Below, one piece after another: positions 29,048 through 38,528 of a stretch of 52,747 nt of DNA. Position 1 is the first letter of the stretch. The number at the start of each line of letters is the position of its first letter. Made by a program: the position numbers and the translations under genes. Origin of the DNA: Candidatus Hydrogenedentota bacterium (lineage in GTDB: Bacteria > Hydrogenedentota > Hydrogenedentia > Hydrogenedentales > CAIZGN01); assembly GCA_903932505.1 (NCBI GenBank), contig CAIZGN010000208.1, positions 1 through 52,747 of the forward strand, in the 5' to 3' direction. Under the pieces are notes generated by a model. That model worked only from the letters and a program-made list of their open reading frames with translations. It ran no database searches and was not told the origin of the DNA.

Positions 29048-29485
29048 ATGGGATTAAGAGAACTGGCGCTCGGCGCGCCTTGGATGTCCGACAAAGAACA
29101 CATCGTCGCGAAGAAATTCGTTGCGGGCCTGCGAAGATTCTTCAAACAGCGCGGGGTCGCAGAGAACCCGCTAATCGTCTTACGGGTGGAAGACCTGTGC
29201 TTCTCGCTCCTCCTCGCTCGTCGCGCGGAAGAAGCGCTCCCAACGGAGAACGAAATCACCAAGAAAACCAGCGAAAGGACGCCATCTGCGATCGAAGTCG
29301 CCGGACGCGCCCGGGAAAGGTTAAGGAAGGCCATGAAAGAACTCGAAGAGGCATGCGCAAAACTCGGAACCCCAGTCGACACCGGTCTTGCCGACCGCAT
29401 GAAATCCATTATGCAGCGTTCCGTCGGCGTCATTGAAGAAATTACCGCGACGAGAAATGCCCCCCCGGACTCGGATGCTGAGTAG
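29048..29485 (+). CDS. Hypothetical small helical protein, possibly terminase small-subunit-like
   Basis: Start chosen at the ATG at 29048, preceded by GGAGGAGAGGGG. The protein is charged and helical and lies two genes upstream of a terminase large subunit. The function is a guess from context. Confidence 0.35.
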   Translation: MGLRELALGAPWMSDKEHIVAKKFVAGLRRFFKQRGVAENPLIVLRVEDLCFSLLLARRAEEALPTENEITKKTSERTPSAIEVAGRARERLRKAMKELEEACAKLGTPVDTGLADRMKSIMQRSVGVIEEITATRNAPPDSDAE

Positions 29486-29522
29486 CGCCCGTGGCGGTTG
29501 TTTCCGTGCAAAAGACGGTAGT

Positions 29523-29975
29523 ATGCTGAGCACCATGACGAGACCCTTCTACATCGCTTGGCTCGTGATTCTGCCCGTCGTACTGCTCGGCGGCTGCGCC
29601 ACCGTGCGCCCCCCTGCCCATGCGCAGGCTAGCGACCGCACCATGATGGTCACCGCCTACTGCAAGTGCAAGAAGTGCTGCGGATGGAAGCGCACCTGGT
29701 ACGGAAAACCGGTCGATGTCCGCACGGGCAAAACCAAAAAAATCGGCCGCACCGCCAGCGGGACAAGGGCCAAAGAAGGCCGCACCATCGCCGCCGACAC
29801 GTCCAAGTATCCCTTTGGAACCGTCATGTATGTCAAAGGCTACGGCTACGGACGCGTCGAGGATCGGGGATCCAAAATCACCCAGGAAAAGATAGACCTC
29901 TTTTTCCGAAGCCACAACCGGGCGCTGCAATGGGGGCGACGCACCATGACCGTACGGGTCTGGACGCGCCAATAG
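29523..29975 (+). CDS. 3D-domain (RlpA/MltA-like double-psi beta-barrel) lipoprotein
   Basis: Lipobox VVLLGGC. The 3D-domain pattern is MVTAYCKCKKCCGW..TASGTRAKEGRTIAAD..YPFGTVMYVKGYGYGRVEDRGSKI..KIDLFF. The start may be 29523 or 29535. Confidence 0.75.
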   Translation: MLSTMTRPFYIAWLVILPVVLLGGCATVRPPAHAQASDRTMMVTAYCKCKKCCGWKRTWYGKPVDVRTGKTKKIGRTASGTRAKEGRTIAADTSKYPFGTVMYVKGYGYGRVEDRGSKITQEKIDLFFRSHNRALQWGRRTMTVRVWTRQ

Positions 29976-30007
29976 CCACGCCCATTCCACAAGAACAAGG
30001 AACGACC

Positions 30008-31489
30008 ATGTCCATAGCACCACAAGTCTGTCCGTGGGATGCCACACACGCCCGCCAAGTCCTGGGGGTCCGGGGCCTGAGCGAAAGCGAGATCAACGAC
30101 TGGATGCAAATCCAGATCCGCGAAAACTTCGCCCGCGACCATATGCGCGCCCGCGATGGACAGCCCTGGCAGCCCCGTCCCTACCAGCGGGTTTCCCTGG
30201 AGTCGCGCGCCAAGCGCAAAGTCCATTGCGATGGCCGCGACGTGGGAAAGACCTGCGAAATCGAATTGATCACCGCTTGGGCCATGGTTGCCTGCCCGAA
30301 CACCGAAATGCTCATCGCCTGCCAAACCGAAAACCATCTCTTTCCCCTCATGGCACGCATCGCACGCCGTTTTGAAACCACGCCCGAGTTCGCACCCTCC
30401 CTCCTCGAGATGCGCCGTTCCCCCTCGTGGTTGCTACGCTTCTCCAACGGCTTCGTGCTCTGGGGCCGCATCGCCGGACCGCGTGGCACCAATTTTCAGG
30501 GCATGCACGTCGATTGGCAGATGGTCGACGAGGCGCAAGAGATGACGGAGACCAGTTGGGGCGAACTCTATCAGGCACTCAATGGCGATGGACGGCGCTG
30601 GGTCTATGGTGTGCCCAATGGCCTGCGCAACACCTTCTATCGCATGACCCAAATGACACAGGCCGAACAATACCAATGGCCCAGCACCCTCAATCCGGAA
30701 TTCACCCCCGAAAAAGACGCCGAACTGGCCCTGCTTTACGGCGGACGCACCGCCCCGGGTTACATTCACCGCGTCTTGGGCCAGCACGGCGAACCCGCCC
30801 ATGCGGTATTCGCGCTCGACGACTATCTCGATTGCATAGACCACTCGCTCACCGCCGCAGATATCACCCTGCGCGAAGATGACCCCTTCGAGGCACCAAG
30901 CGGTGTTCCCGGTGGCGACTACTATCTTGGTTGCGATCTCGGCTATGCCCGTGACCCTTCGGAGTTTGTCGTCTACCGAAACGAAGCCCCGCACTGGATC
31001 AATGTCCTCCGTCTGCATCTCGAGGGCGTCAACTACGCCAAGCAACAGCGCATCATCGAAGAACTCGATCGCGCCTACCAGTTTCAAGGTATCGGCATCG
31101 ATTGCGGAAACAACGGTCGTGCCGTCGCCCACCAACTCATGGCCCAAGGCGAGGATTGGTGCGAAAAAGTGCGGGCCTTCGAATTCGGAGCCACGCTGGA
31201 AACCGAACCCCTGGCCGATGGCACCCCCGTGCGTCGCCGCGTCAAAGAGTTCATGACCGAACTACTGCAGCGCCGTCTCCATGAGCGTACGATTCTCTTC
31301 CCGCCCATCCCCGATCGCGAATCCCAATACGCCTCGCACACCTACGCCGTCAACGCCACCGGGCAAATCGTCTACGAAAAAGGAAATGACCACATCATCG
31401 ACGCCGACCGCTGCGCCATCCTGAGACACTACCTCGACACGCAGGAAATCCACCCCGTCCCCCTTGGCATCAAAGTGCTTACCTTCTGA
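30008..31489 (+). CDS. Phage terminase large subunit-like ATPase/nuclease
   Basis: Start set at MSIAPQV (AAGGAA RBS, after the 3D gene stop). The PYQ motif, Walker A-like DGRDVGKT and Walker B WQMVDEAQE are present. Nuclease-domain acidic motifs are LGCDLGYARD, GIDCGNNG and NDHIIDADRC. Confidence 0.8.
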   Translation: MSIAPQVCPWDATHARQVLGVRGLSESEINDWMQIQIRENFARDHMRARDGQPWQPRPYQRVSLESRAKRKVHCDGRDVGKTCEIELITAWAMVACPNTEMLIACQTENHLFPLMARIARRFETTPEFAPSLLEMRRSPSWLLRFSNGFVLWGRIAGPRGTNFQGMHVDWQMVDEAQEMTETSWGELYQALNGDGRRWVYGVPNGLRNTFYRMTQMTQAEQYQWPSTLNPEFTPEKDAELALLYGGRTAPGYIHRVLGQHGEPAHAVFALDDYLDCIDHSLTAADITLREDDPFEAPSGVPGGDYYLGCDLGYARDPSEFVVYRNEAPHWINVLRLHLEGVNYAKQQRIIEELDRAYQFQGIGIDCGNNGRAVAHQLMAQGEDWCEKVRAFEFGATLETEPLADGTPVRRRVKEFMTELLQRRLHERTILFPPIPDRESQYASHTYAVNATGQIVYEKGNDHIIDADRCAILRHYLDTQEIHPVPLGIKVLTF

Positions 31490-31508
31490 ACCCGCCCCAA
31501 TATCCCCG

Positions 31509-31551
31509 AAAAAAGCAAACCCTCACTCCGCGAAAACCGCAGGAGTGAGGG
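31509..31551 (-). terminator. Rho-independent terminator of the giant adhesin gene (possibly bidirectional)
   Basis: Perfect 10-bp stem CCCTCACTCC / GGAGTGAGGG (31520-31529 and 31542-31551). On the minus strand it is followed by TTTGCTTTTTTC. It lies between convergent genes. Confidence 0.8.
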
Positions 31552-31589
31552 CCGCATAACTCAAACAGCGCATCCGCGCGCGTTCACGC

Positions 31590-34500
31590 TCAAAGCGGTA
31601 TCACTTCCCCTTCCATGGGCATCTCACCCTCCATCGACCAGTTACAAGTCTCCACCATGGCACCCCGCGCTTCAATCGCCGGAATATCCACGGTCAGGGC
31701 CTGCGAACTCAGCGGGTTGTCACACAGGTTCACCGAATCACTCCAATCGTACTCATCCAGACCAATACCAAGGTTGTTTACCAAGGCCGTCACATCGACG
31801 ATCAGGTTCGACTCCAATCCAACATAGTTCAGCTCAATCAGGCCCTCCAGCGGTGCCAGATCCACGATCTGATTATTACCCAACTGAAGATCAAACAGCC
31901 CCGTGAGGTTGGCCAGTGGGCTGATATCGGTCACCATATTCCAGGCGGCCGAAAGACGATACAAGTTCACCAAACCCGCCAGCGGCGTCAGGTCACTGAC
32001 CTCGTTGCTATCTAGATCTAGCGAGGTCAACTGCGGAAGGTTCGCAACTCCGGAAATATCCGTCAGCCCGTTGCTGCCGATGCCCAGATGCTCTAATTGC
32101 TCCAGACCTGCCAGTGGTGACAAATCCGCGATACGGTTGTGCGCCAGTTCCAGCCAGTGAAGACGTTTGCACCACTCAATACCGGAGAGGTCCGTAATGC
32201 CATCGTAATCGGCATACAAATCACCCAACCGGAGCAGGTCGACAATCGGAATTGGTCCCTGACTCAGAGGGATATCCCCGCACGGGGCCGTGAACAGGTC
32301 GCCGGTGAATTCAGGAACCAGATCGGCCGCACCGATATACTGCACCGCATCAATAACGAATGTGCCCGGGTTGCTGCCGTCGCTATACAACATGAAATAC
32401 AGGTTGTCCGCATAGGCTTGATTCGTGGTCACATCCGTATACACGATCTCCCCCCACCAGTCACCGGACGACGAGGACATCTGGTCACCATAGCCAAGTT
32501 CGATCGTGCTGAAATGAACCCGAACATCCGTCGCCCCGGGCACGGTCACCGTACCGGTGCAACTGGTGCCGTTCCCATACGCCACCAATTGATTCACCGG
32601 CACTGATATCCACTCGCCTTCCACGATGTTCGAGGCCACGCCCAAGGGGATCACCTCGCCTTCAGGCGGAGTCACCTCACCCTCAGTCGGCACCACCTCG
32701 CCCTCGCCATACCAGTACATCGCATCACGGATCGCGAGTTCCAGCGCCACATCCGGAAAGGTCACACTTTCCGGCATCTCGCCCATATCTGAAAGCGAGA
32801 AGAAATACACCGGCAGGATGTTCAGGCCTTCTCCGCCACCGGAATACTGCGTGCGCACATAGACTTCTCCGTCCGAAGGCGCGTACCAAAGGATTTCATC
32901 ACCCGTCATGTAATCTATCACGGGAACCGCCAATTCCGTGCCGTCAGCGGATACCAAGGTGATATCACAACCGCCGCCCACCGGAATCGAGTACACATGG
33001 CCTGCTGTCGCCGTGAACTTGTACCAGTCACTCGGGTCGTTCGGGTCGTCCACCATCCCGTAAACCTGCGAACCATCAAGCGGTATCGACTCCGCCGTGG
33101 CCGCATCCCCCCCCACGTCCGGAACTTCCGGCACATAACCGACATTGAACGAAAGCTCGGCACGCACAAGATTCACCGTGCCATTACCGCCACCCGTCAA
33201 CGGCACACTCGTCTCACCGCGATAAACCCGCCCAAAGCCCAGCGCGCCGATCAGCGGCTTGTTCGCAGCCCAGCGAGGGATGTTCCGTTTCAACAGGGCC
33301 AGCGGCACATTGAATTCGCCATCGTCCTCAACCGCGCAAGTCAGCACGAACACCTCATCCGAAGGCTGCTGTAACAGTTTCCCCACACTGCCCATACCCA
33401 GTTCGCCCGCAGCTTCCAGCGAGATGAACGCGCCCACGAGAACCACCAGATCGCCCGGCGTCGAGGGAACCGTCCAAGTCAGGTTCAGTCCGTTGGAAAA
33501 ATCAAAACGGGTGAGACCGTTCGCGTTCGTGTCCAGCGAGGTGAACGTCACCGGCTCGCCCGGATTTACGGTGCAGTCAAAAGCACCGATGTCCAGTCCG
33601 CCCGGCCACGAAAAAGCAAGTGGAGCGGTGTTCGAAATCCGGCCCTGAGGCAATTGCTTCATCGGTTGCGGCCCACCCCCCCAAATCATGTCCAGCAGGC
33701 TGTAGGTATCAAGGAAGGTACCCGACATGAACGGCAGCAGGGATTCATCAAACAACCCGAACTCCTTCGCCATCAGCTGCTTCACGATTGAGTCTGGCGT
33801 TTCCGACTTCTGCCAATAATTCAGGTTGTTCATAAAGTCCGAAAGACTGACCATGGCGTTCTCCGAGACCCCGTCCGAAATGCTGCCCGTGGCTCCCGGA
33901 TCGAGCGGGCCCGTCGGCACCAGGTCACCGATCGAAGTCAGACTTTTCCCTGCAAAGTACCCAAGACTGCCCAGAATGCCTTCAAGCTCCGCCATCGTGT
34001 ACACGTTATAGCTGTCACCCGGGGTTGCGCGGTCAATGCCATACGGCAGGTCGGCAAAGAACTGCGCCACATTCACCTGCGCAGAAAAACTCTTCGCAGG
34101 AAGATCAGGCAGCAGTCCGGTCTGATCCACCAGATTCACCGACATGATCTGCCCCACGACATCGCCATCGCTCGGCAACTCCACATCAAAATTCGCCTGC
34201 ACCCAGGGATCGCCCGAAAGACCCGTCATCACCACGATCGAGGGACGACCCACCACATACACCGTCACCGGAGCCTCCTCCGGCGCGTTCATCATGTAAT
34301 ACCCCGTCGCATCCGTCACCGCCGTCACCCCCGACGAACTGTAGACCGTGATTCCCTCCAGTGGCGCGCCTGTCGCCCCGTTGCGCACGTAGCCCTCGAT
34401 CCCCGACGGGAAATACCCCTGCAAGTCGCGCGCCGTCGTGCCGCCTTCCATGCCGCACGTCACCCCGCAATTCGCGGACACCGTCACGAGTTCACTGTCC

Positions 34501-36119
34501 ACCGTTTGCGATGCGCCCGGCAGCAATACGCTTACGTTCACCGTCGAGTCGCACTTCACATCCATGCAATACTGGCCATCAGCGTCCGTCATGCCATAGC
34601 TCGTCCCACTGTATGACGTGCCTTCGCCAAAGACCATCGCCCCCGAAATCGGGCCTCCGGTTACATCCAGCACCCGACCCGAGATCGACTGCTTCGTGTC
34701 TATCGGCTTGTCACAATTCCACCACGAGAAATGGGGGATGTTGGCCTCCCAATACAGGCCCTCCAAATCCGACTGAACCAGACCGTTCCCGACCTCTTCC
34801 CACAAGCCCGTCGATTCGTTGAAGTACCACAGCGGAACGTTCTCATCCACGGCAAGCCGATCATCGTTCAACCGCAATCGAATGGTGGCCCCGGCACTCT
34901 TAGCAAGGCTCAGTTGGACTTCCTCGCCATTTTGGCGCACATCGTACTCGGCCAGCGCGAAAGTCTCCAGCTGCACGGTGCCACCCGTCTTCCGGGCAAG
35001 TGCCAGACCGTTGAAGCTGCCCGGAAACGCCTTCAGCTCACTCGGGTTGGTAACGTCCAGCGCCGTGATGCTCACATCGACATCGCCCGTCACCGACTTG
35101 CCCGACTTCGTCACCAGCGACTTCGCCGCCAGGGTCAAAGAATTCCCCGACCCGTCTTCCACCGTGCCGCCCGTGTCGATGTTCAGCGGAGAGGCCAGCA
35201 CGCGACGCTTCAATACAAAATTCGCCGTCGGCGAATCGCTTGCTGTCGTGTCGATTGCCCGGCTGTTCGCCGTGAAACCGTCCGCCTGCACCGCCACCAG
35301 CAGATCCGGGGCCTCATCCACCTGCTCAAAGCGGTACAGCCCCACACCGTCCGTATTGCCCACTTGCGAACCCGCCGTGACCGCCGCGAAAGCAACCGGC
35401 ATCCCCTCCGTGTCATGCACCCAACCCACCAACGCCTTCTTTACGGGCGGCGTGTCCTTGTCCTGTTCAGTGGCGGTCACGTTCTTGTTCACAAACCCCG
35501 GCGCGCTGCACCGGATCGTCGCCTGTCCGTAAATCGCGTCCGCATCCACCGCCGCATACAACGTCACCGCCTTGAACACATTCCACAAGGCCGACGAAAA
35601 CGTCAGGCTCGCACCCGACTGCACCGAAATGCTGCTGTCACCGGCGACATTGGCCACCGAAACCGTCACGTCCGTGGCCGGGCGCGCGCTCAGCTTCACC
35701 CGGAACTGGGCCGTGCCGCCTTCCGGCACATTCACTGAGTTCGTGTCCGTCACGATCGTGTTCGCCTCGACGGCTTCACCTTCACCCTCGCTCGTGGACT
35801 CCACCGTCACCACGCACGTCCCGAACTTCCCGCTCGTCGTGCCTGTTGCGGTAATCGTGGCGACTCCCGCCGAAACACCGCTCACGATCCCCGAGGTGAC
35901 CGTCGCAATAGCGGCGTTACTGGTCGTCCAGACAAAATCGTCCCCCCGGTTCGTGGAACTGGCCGTAAGGGAAATGCTACCCCCCACCGCGATCGTCGCG
36001 GTTCCAGGGATAACCGTCACGACCGCTGTGGGTGGAAAAAGAAGCGGACAACCCGTAAGGGTCAGAAGCCCTGCCAATAAGACCATCGTCGACACGGTAA
36101 AACGGAACAGACTGCGCAT
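31590..36119 (-). CDS. Giant surface lipoprotein/adhesin: Big_2 + Calx-beta-like + several CarboxypepD_reg-like + PPC-like domains + C-terminal internalin-type LRR array
   Basis: Start set at MRSLFRFTVSTMVLLAGLLTLTGC (lipobox), with GGAGGA 7 nt upstream. The Big_2 segment is IAVGGSISLTASS...ATVTSGIVSGVSAGVATITA. CarboxypepD_reg-like segments include ISGRVLDVTGGPISGAMV. The PPC-like segment is DWYKFTATAGHVYS. About 7 LRRs of the L..L.L..N.I.D.SPLA type are present. Confidence 0.8.
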   Translation of the reverse strand: MRSLFRFTVSTMVLLAGLLTLTGCPLLFPPTAVVTVIPGTATIAVGGSISLTASSTNRGDDFVWTTSNAAIATVTSGIVSGVSAGVATITATGTTSGKFGTCVVTVESTSEGEGEAVEANTIVTDTNSVNVPEGGTAQFRVKLSARPATDVTVSVANVAGDSSISVQSGASLTFSSALWNVFKAVTLYAAVDADAIYGQATIRCSAPGFVNKNVTATEQDKDTPPVKKALVGWVHDTEGMPVAFAAVTAGSQVGNTDGVGLYRFEQVDEAPDLLVAVQADGFTANSRAIDTTASDSPTANFVLKRRVLASPLNIDTGGTVEDGSGNSLTLAAKSLVTKSGKSVTGDVDVSITALDVTNPSELKAFPGSFNGLALARKTGGTVQLETFALAEYDVRQNGEEVQLSLAKSAGATIRLRLNDDRLAVDENVPLWYFNESTGLWEEVGNGLVQSDLEGLYWEANIPHFSWWNCDKPIDTKQSISGRVLDVTGGPISGAMVFGEGTSYSGTSYGMTDADGQYCMDVKCDSTVNVSVLLPGASQTVDSELVTVSANCGVTCGMEGGTTARDLQGYFPSGIEGYVRNGATGAPLEGITVYSSSGVTAVTDATGYYMMNAPEEAPVTVYVVGRPSIVVMTGLSGDPWVQANFDVELPSDGDVVGQIMSVNLVDQTGLLPDLPAKSFSAQVNVAQFFADLPYGIDRATPGDSYNVYTMAELEGILGSLGYFAGKSLTSIGDLVPTGPLDPGATGSISDGVSENAMVSLSDFMNNLNYWQKSETPDSIVKQLMAKEFGLFDESLLPFMSGTFLDTYSLLDMIWGGGPQPMKQLPQGRISNTAPLAFSWPGGLDIGAFDCTVNPGEPVTFTSLDTNANGLTRFDFSNGLNLTWTVPSTPGDLVVLVGAFISLEAAGELGMGSVGKLLQQPSDEVFVLTCAVEDDGEFNVPLALLKRNIPRWAANKPLIGALGFGRVYRGETSVPLTGGGNGTVNLVRAELSFNVGYVPEVPDVGGDAATAESIPLDGSQVYGMVDDPNDPSDWYKFTATAGHVYSIPVGGGCDITLVSADGTELAVPVIDYMTGDEILWYAPSDGEVYVRTQYSGGGEGLNILPVYFFSLSDMGEMPESVTFPDVALELAIRDAMYWYGEGEVVPTEGEVTPPEGEVIPLGVASNIVEGEWISVPVNQLVAYGNGTSCTGTVTVPGATDVRVHFSTIELGYGDQMSSSSGDWWGEIVYTDVTTNQAYADNLYFMLYSDGSNPGTFVIDAVQYIGAADLVPEFTGDLFTAPCGDIPLSQGPIPIVDLLRLGDLYADYDGITDLSGIEWCKRLHWLELAHNRIADLSPLAGLEQLEHLGIGSNGLTDISGVANLPQLTSLDLDSNEVSDLTPLAGLVNLYRLSAAWNMVTDISPLANLTGLFDLQLGNNQIVDLAPLEGLIELNYVGLESNLIVDVTALVNNLGIGLDEYDWSDSVNLCDNPLSSQALTVDIPAIEARGAMVETCNWSMEGEMPMEGEVIPL

Positions 36120-36248
36120 GGGAACATCCTCCACTTTGATTTTACGGGGACACCCGCCCCTCCAAGAACGCTGGAACCGGACAACATGAAGCCGATCCCT
36201 CTGCTCACACACAATGCTACCATCGAAGTTGAAAAATGTCAACGTAAA

Positions 36249-36278
36249 TTTACAATCTCGGCAACTTTAGTGTAGAAT
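36249..36278 (+). promoter_or_regulatory. Sigma-70-like promoter for the sulfotransferase gene
   Basis: TTTACA (36249-36254), an 18-nt spacer, then TAGAAT (36273-36278), about 50 nt upstream of the ATG at 36327. Confidence 0.5.
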
Positions 36279-36326
36279 TGGGTAAAGTTGAGCCCCTCGG
36301 CAGAATTTCCCCGCAGGAGAACCGGT

Positions 36327-37349
36327 ATGAACCCCAAAGTACTCTTTGTGATTGGCTCCCCCCGCTCTGGAACCACCATGCTTGAGCGCATGCTCTCCTC
36401 CCATACCATGATTCAGGGCGGGCCGGAACCCCATCTCCTCACCCCGCTGGCCCATCTTGGCGTCTGGGACAAGGTGAACCACGCCCCTTACGACCACATT
36501 CTCGCCGCCGAGGCCCAGCAACTCTTTGTGTCGCAATTGCCAGGCGGGGAACAGGACTATTGGGACGCCTGCCGCGCCTATTGTGATGTCCTATACGGGC
36601 GATTCATGGAAGGGAAGGGCGAAAAGACTTTCTGCTTGGACAAAACACCGGCCTACGGGCTTATCCTCCCCTTCATGATGAAGGTTTTCCCGGACGCCAA
36701 GTACGTGGTGCTCACCCGCAACCCCCTCGCGCTGTTCTCCTCGTTCGCAAATTCCTTTTTCGAGGGCGATTACGAGGCCGCCGAGAAACACAACCCCATT
36801 CTCGACCGCTATGTGCCTGCCTTGGCCGCTTTTCTGCGCCAGAAAGAGGTTCCCTTCATCCACGTGCGCTACGAAGACCTCGTCAAGGATCCGGAAACCT
36901 GGTTCAAGAACATCTGCGATTACCTCGGCGTGCCCTTTGAGCAGGAAGCCATCGACTACGGCAAGCGCAAGGGCGCGGAAGATCGCCCCAAAGGCTTGGG
37001 TGATCCCATTGGCGTGGCCAAGCACAGCCGTCCCACCACAGGCTCAGTGAAAAAATGGGCGCAGGAACTGGCGGACGACCCCGCCAAACTCAAGCGCATG
37101 AAAGCGGCCATCACCCGGCTTGCGCCGGAAGATCTCGAAACGCTCGGCTATCCTGTCCAAGGCATCTGGAAACCGCTGGAGCAGGTCTCGGGTAAGAGCA
37201 TCAAGGGTTCACCCGCAAAGCTCACCAAATACCGTCTTCAGCGTCTCATGATCATGCGACTGCGCGAACGCGCCAGAAAAGGCGGTCCTTTCCGGGCCAT
37301 ACTCAACCGCACCAGGCTGGTTTGCGACGTGTTACTGAGGGAAGAATAG
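36327..37349 (+). CDS. Sulfotransferase family protein
   Basis: Start set at MNPKVLFVIGSPRSGTTML, a PAPS 5'-phosphosulfate-binding loop, with AGGAGA RBS. A 3'-PB-like segment YVVLTRNPLALFSS is present. Confidence 0.75.
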   Translation: MNPKVLFVIGSPRSGTTMLERMLSSHTMIQGGPEPHLLTPLAHLGVWDKVNHAPYDHILAAEAQQLFVSQLPGGEQDYWDACRAYCDVLYGRFMEGKGEKTFCLDKTPAYGLILPFMMKVFPDAKYVVLTRNPLALFSSFANSFFEGDYEAAEKHNPILDRYVPALAAFLRQKEVPFIHVRYEDLVKDPETWFKNICDYLGVPFEQEAIDYGKRKGAEDRPKGLGDPIGVAKHSRPTTGSVKKWAQELADDPAKLKRMKAAITRLAPEDLETLGYPVQGIWKPLEQVSGKSIKGSPAKLTKYRLQRLMIMRLRERARKGGPFRAILNRTRLVCDVLLREE

Positions 37350-37362
37350 GCCGACCCCCTCC

Positions 37363-38514
37363 TTAGGGCTGCGAACCTGCTAGATCGAGCGACCCTTCTT
37401 TGACCGCGCCCTTCACAAACTGCGACCCGGCAATGCGCGCCTTCAATGCAGCTTCGTAGCTGTCGGCATCCAGCGGTAGGCTCACCTCGCGGTTCTCGAA
37501 GGTCGAGTACAGCATTGCGTTTGCCAGCTCAATGGAGGCCATCCCCTCCTCCGCAGGCGCGACCAGCGGTTCACCGTCCAATATCGCATTCACGAAGTTC
37601 TGCACGATATTCGCATGGCTCGTTAGCGCCGCTGAAAACGGCACATCGACATTCCATACCTCCGGTGGCATAAACCGCTCGTCCGTCGTGTCGCTGTACT
37701 CCCGCGCGTTCACCTCGTTCCGCGTGAAGGTGATGCGGTTGTTTTCGCAAACAACTTTGCCCCGGTCGCCCGCAATCTCGAAACGGTTCGTCCCCGGTGC
37801 CTCGGCGGTGGTGGTCGAAAAGAGCCCCGTGGCCCCGTTGGCGTATTCAAAATAGGCGTTCGCCTCGTCCTCCACCTCGATAGTGTGATACTTCCCGAAA
37901 TTACACCACGCGCGGAGCTTAACCGGCATGCCGCATATCCACTGAAGCAGATCCAAGGTGTGCGGACACTGATTGAGCAGCACCCCGCCACCTTCCCCCT
38001 TCCAGGTCGCCCGCCATCCGCCCGAGGCGTAATAAGCTTCCGTGCGATACCACGTTGTGATTATCCAGTTCACCCGACGGATTTCGCCCAGATCCCCGTC
38101 CTGCACCAATTTGCGCAGCTTGCGGTACATCGGCATCGTTCGCATCTGGTACATCACCGAAAACACCCGGCTTTTGTCCGTGTGGGCCGCCAGCAAGCGC
38201 TGCGCGTCCGCCTTGTGCGCGGAAATCGGCTTTTCTGTGAGCACATGCAGCCCCTGCTGAAGCGCGTCGATACCGATTAGCGTGTGGTCATAGTGCGGCG
38301 TGGCAATCAACACCGCATCCACCGCGCCCGAGCGAATCAGGGTCGCGCTGTCGTCAAACGTCTTCACCGTGTCTCGATACGGAACCAGACGTTCCGGCAC
38401 CACATCACACACGGCAGCCAGCACGCACCGCTTCACATCGCCCGCACGCAGGTAACGCACGTGCTCCGTGCCCATGCCGCCCACCCCGATAACGCCCAAG
38501 CGCACTTCGTCCAT
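37363..38514 (-). CDS. Gfo/Idh/MocA family oxidoreductase
   Basis: Rossmann motif VRLGVIGVGGMG and the EKP motif VLTEKPIS. GGGAG RBS. It lies 14 nt downstream of the mtlD-like stop. Confidence 0.85.
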   Translation of the reverse strand: MDEVRLGVIGVGGMGTEHVRYLRAGDVKRCVLAAVCDVVPERLVPYRDTVKTFDDSATLIRSGAVDAVLIATPHYDHTLIGIDALQQGLHVLTEKPISAHKADAQRLLAAHTDKSRVFSVMYQMRTMPMYRKLRKLVQDGDLGEIRRVNWIITTWYRTEAYYASGGWRATWKGEGGGVLLNQCPHTLDLLQWICGMPVKLRAWCNFGKYHTIEVEDEANAYFEYANGATGLFSTTTAEAPGTNRFEIAGDRGKVVCENNRITFTRNEVNAREYSDTTDERFMPPEVWNVDVPFSAALTSHANIVQNFVNAILDGEPLVAPAEEGMASIELANAMLYSTFENREVSLPLDADSYEAALKARIAGSQFVKGAVKEGSLDLAGSQP

Positions 38515-38528
38515 GTCCGCACTCCCGG

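Noticed and set aside
29666-30007. N-terminal 114 aa of the 607-aa terminase ORF
   Set aside because: It overlaps the 3D-domain lipoprotein gene in another frame and is extremely R/H/Q-rich. An RBS precedes the ATG at 30008, before terminase homology starts (about 40 residues ahead of the PYQ motif).
28982-31489. An intact prophage
   Set aside because: Only a TerL-like gene, a possible small subunit and a 3D-domain gene are present. No portal, capsid, tail, lysis or integrase genes or att repeats occur on either side.
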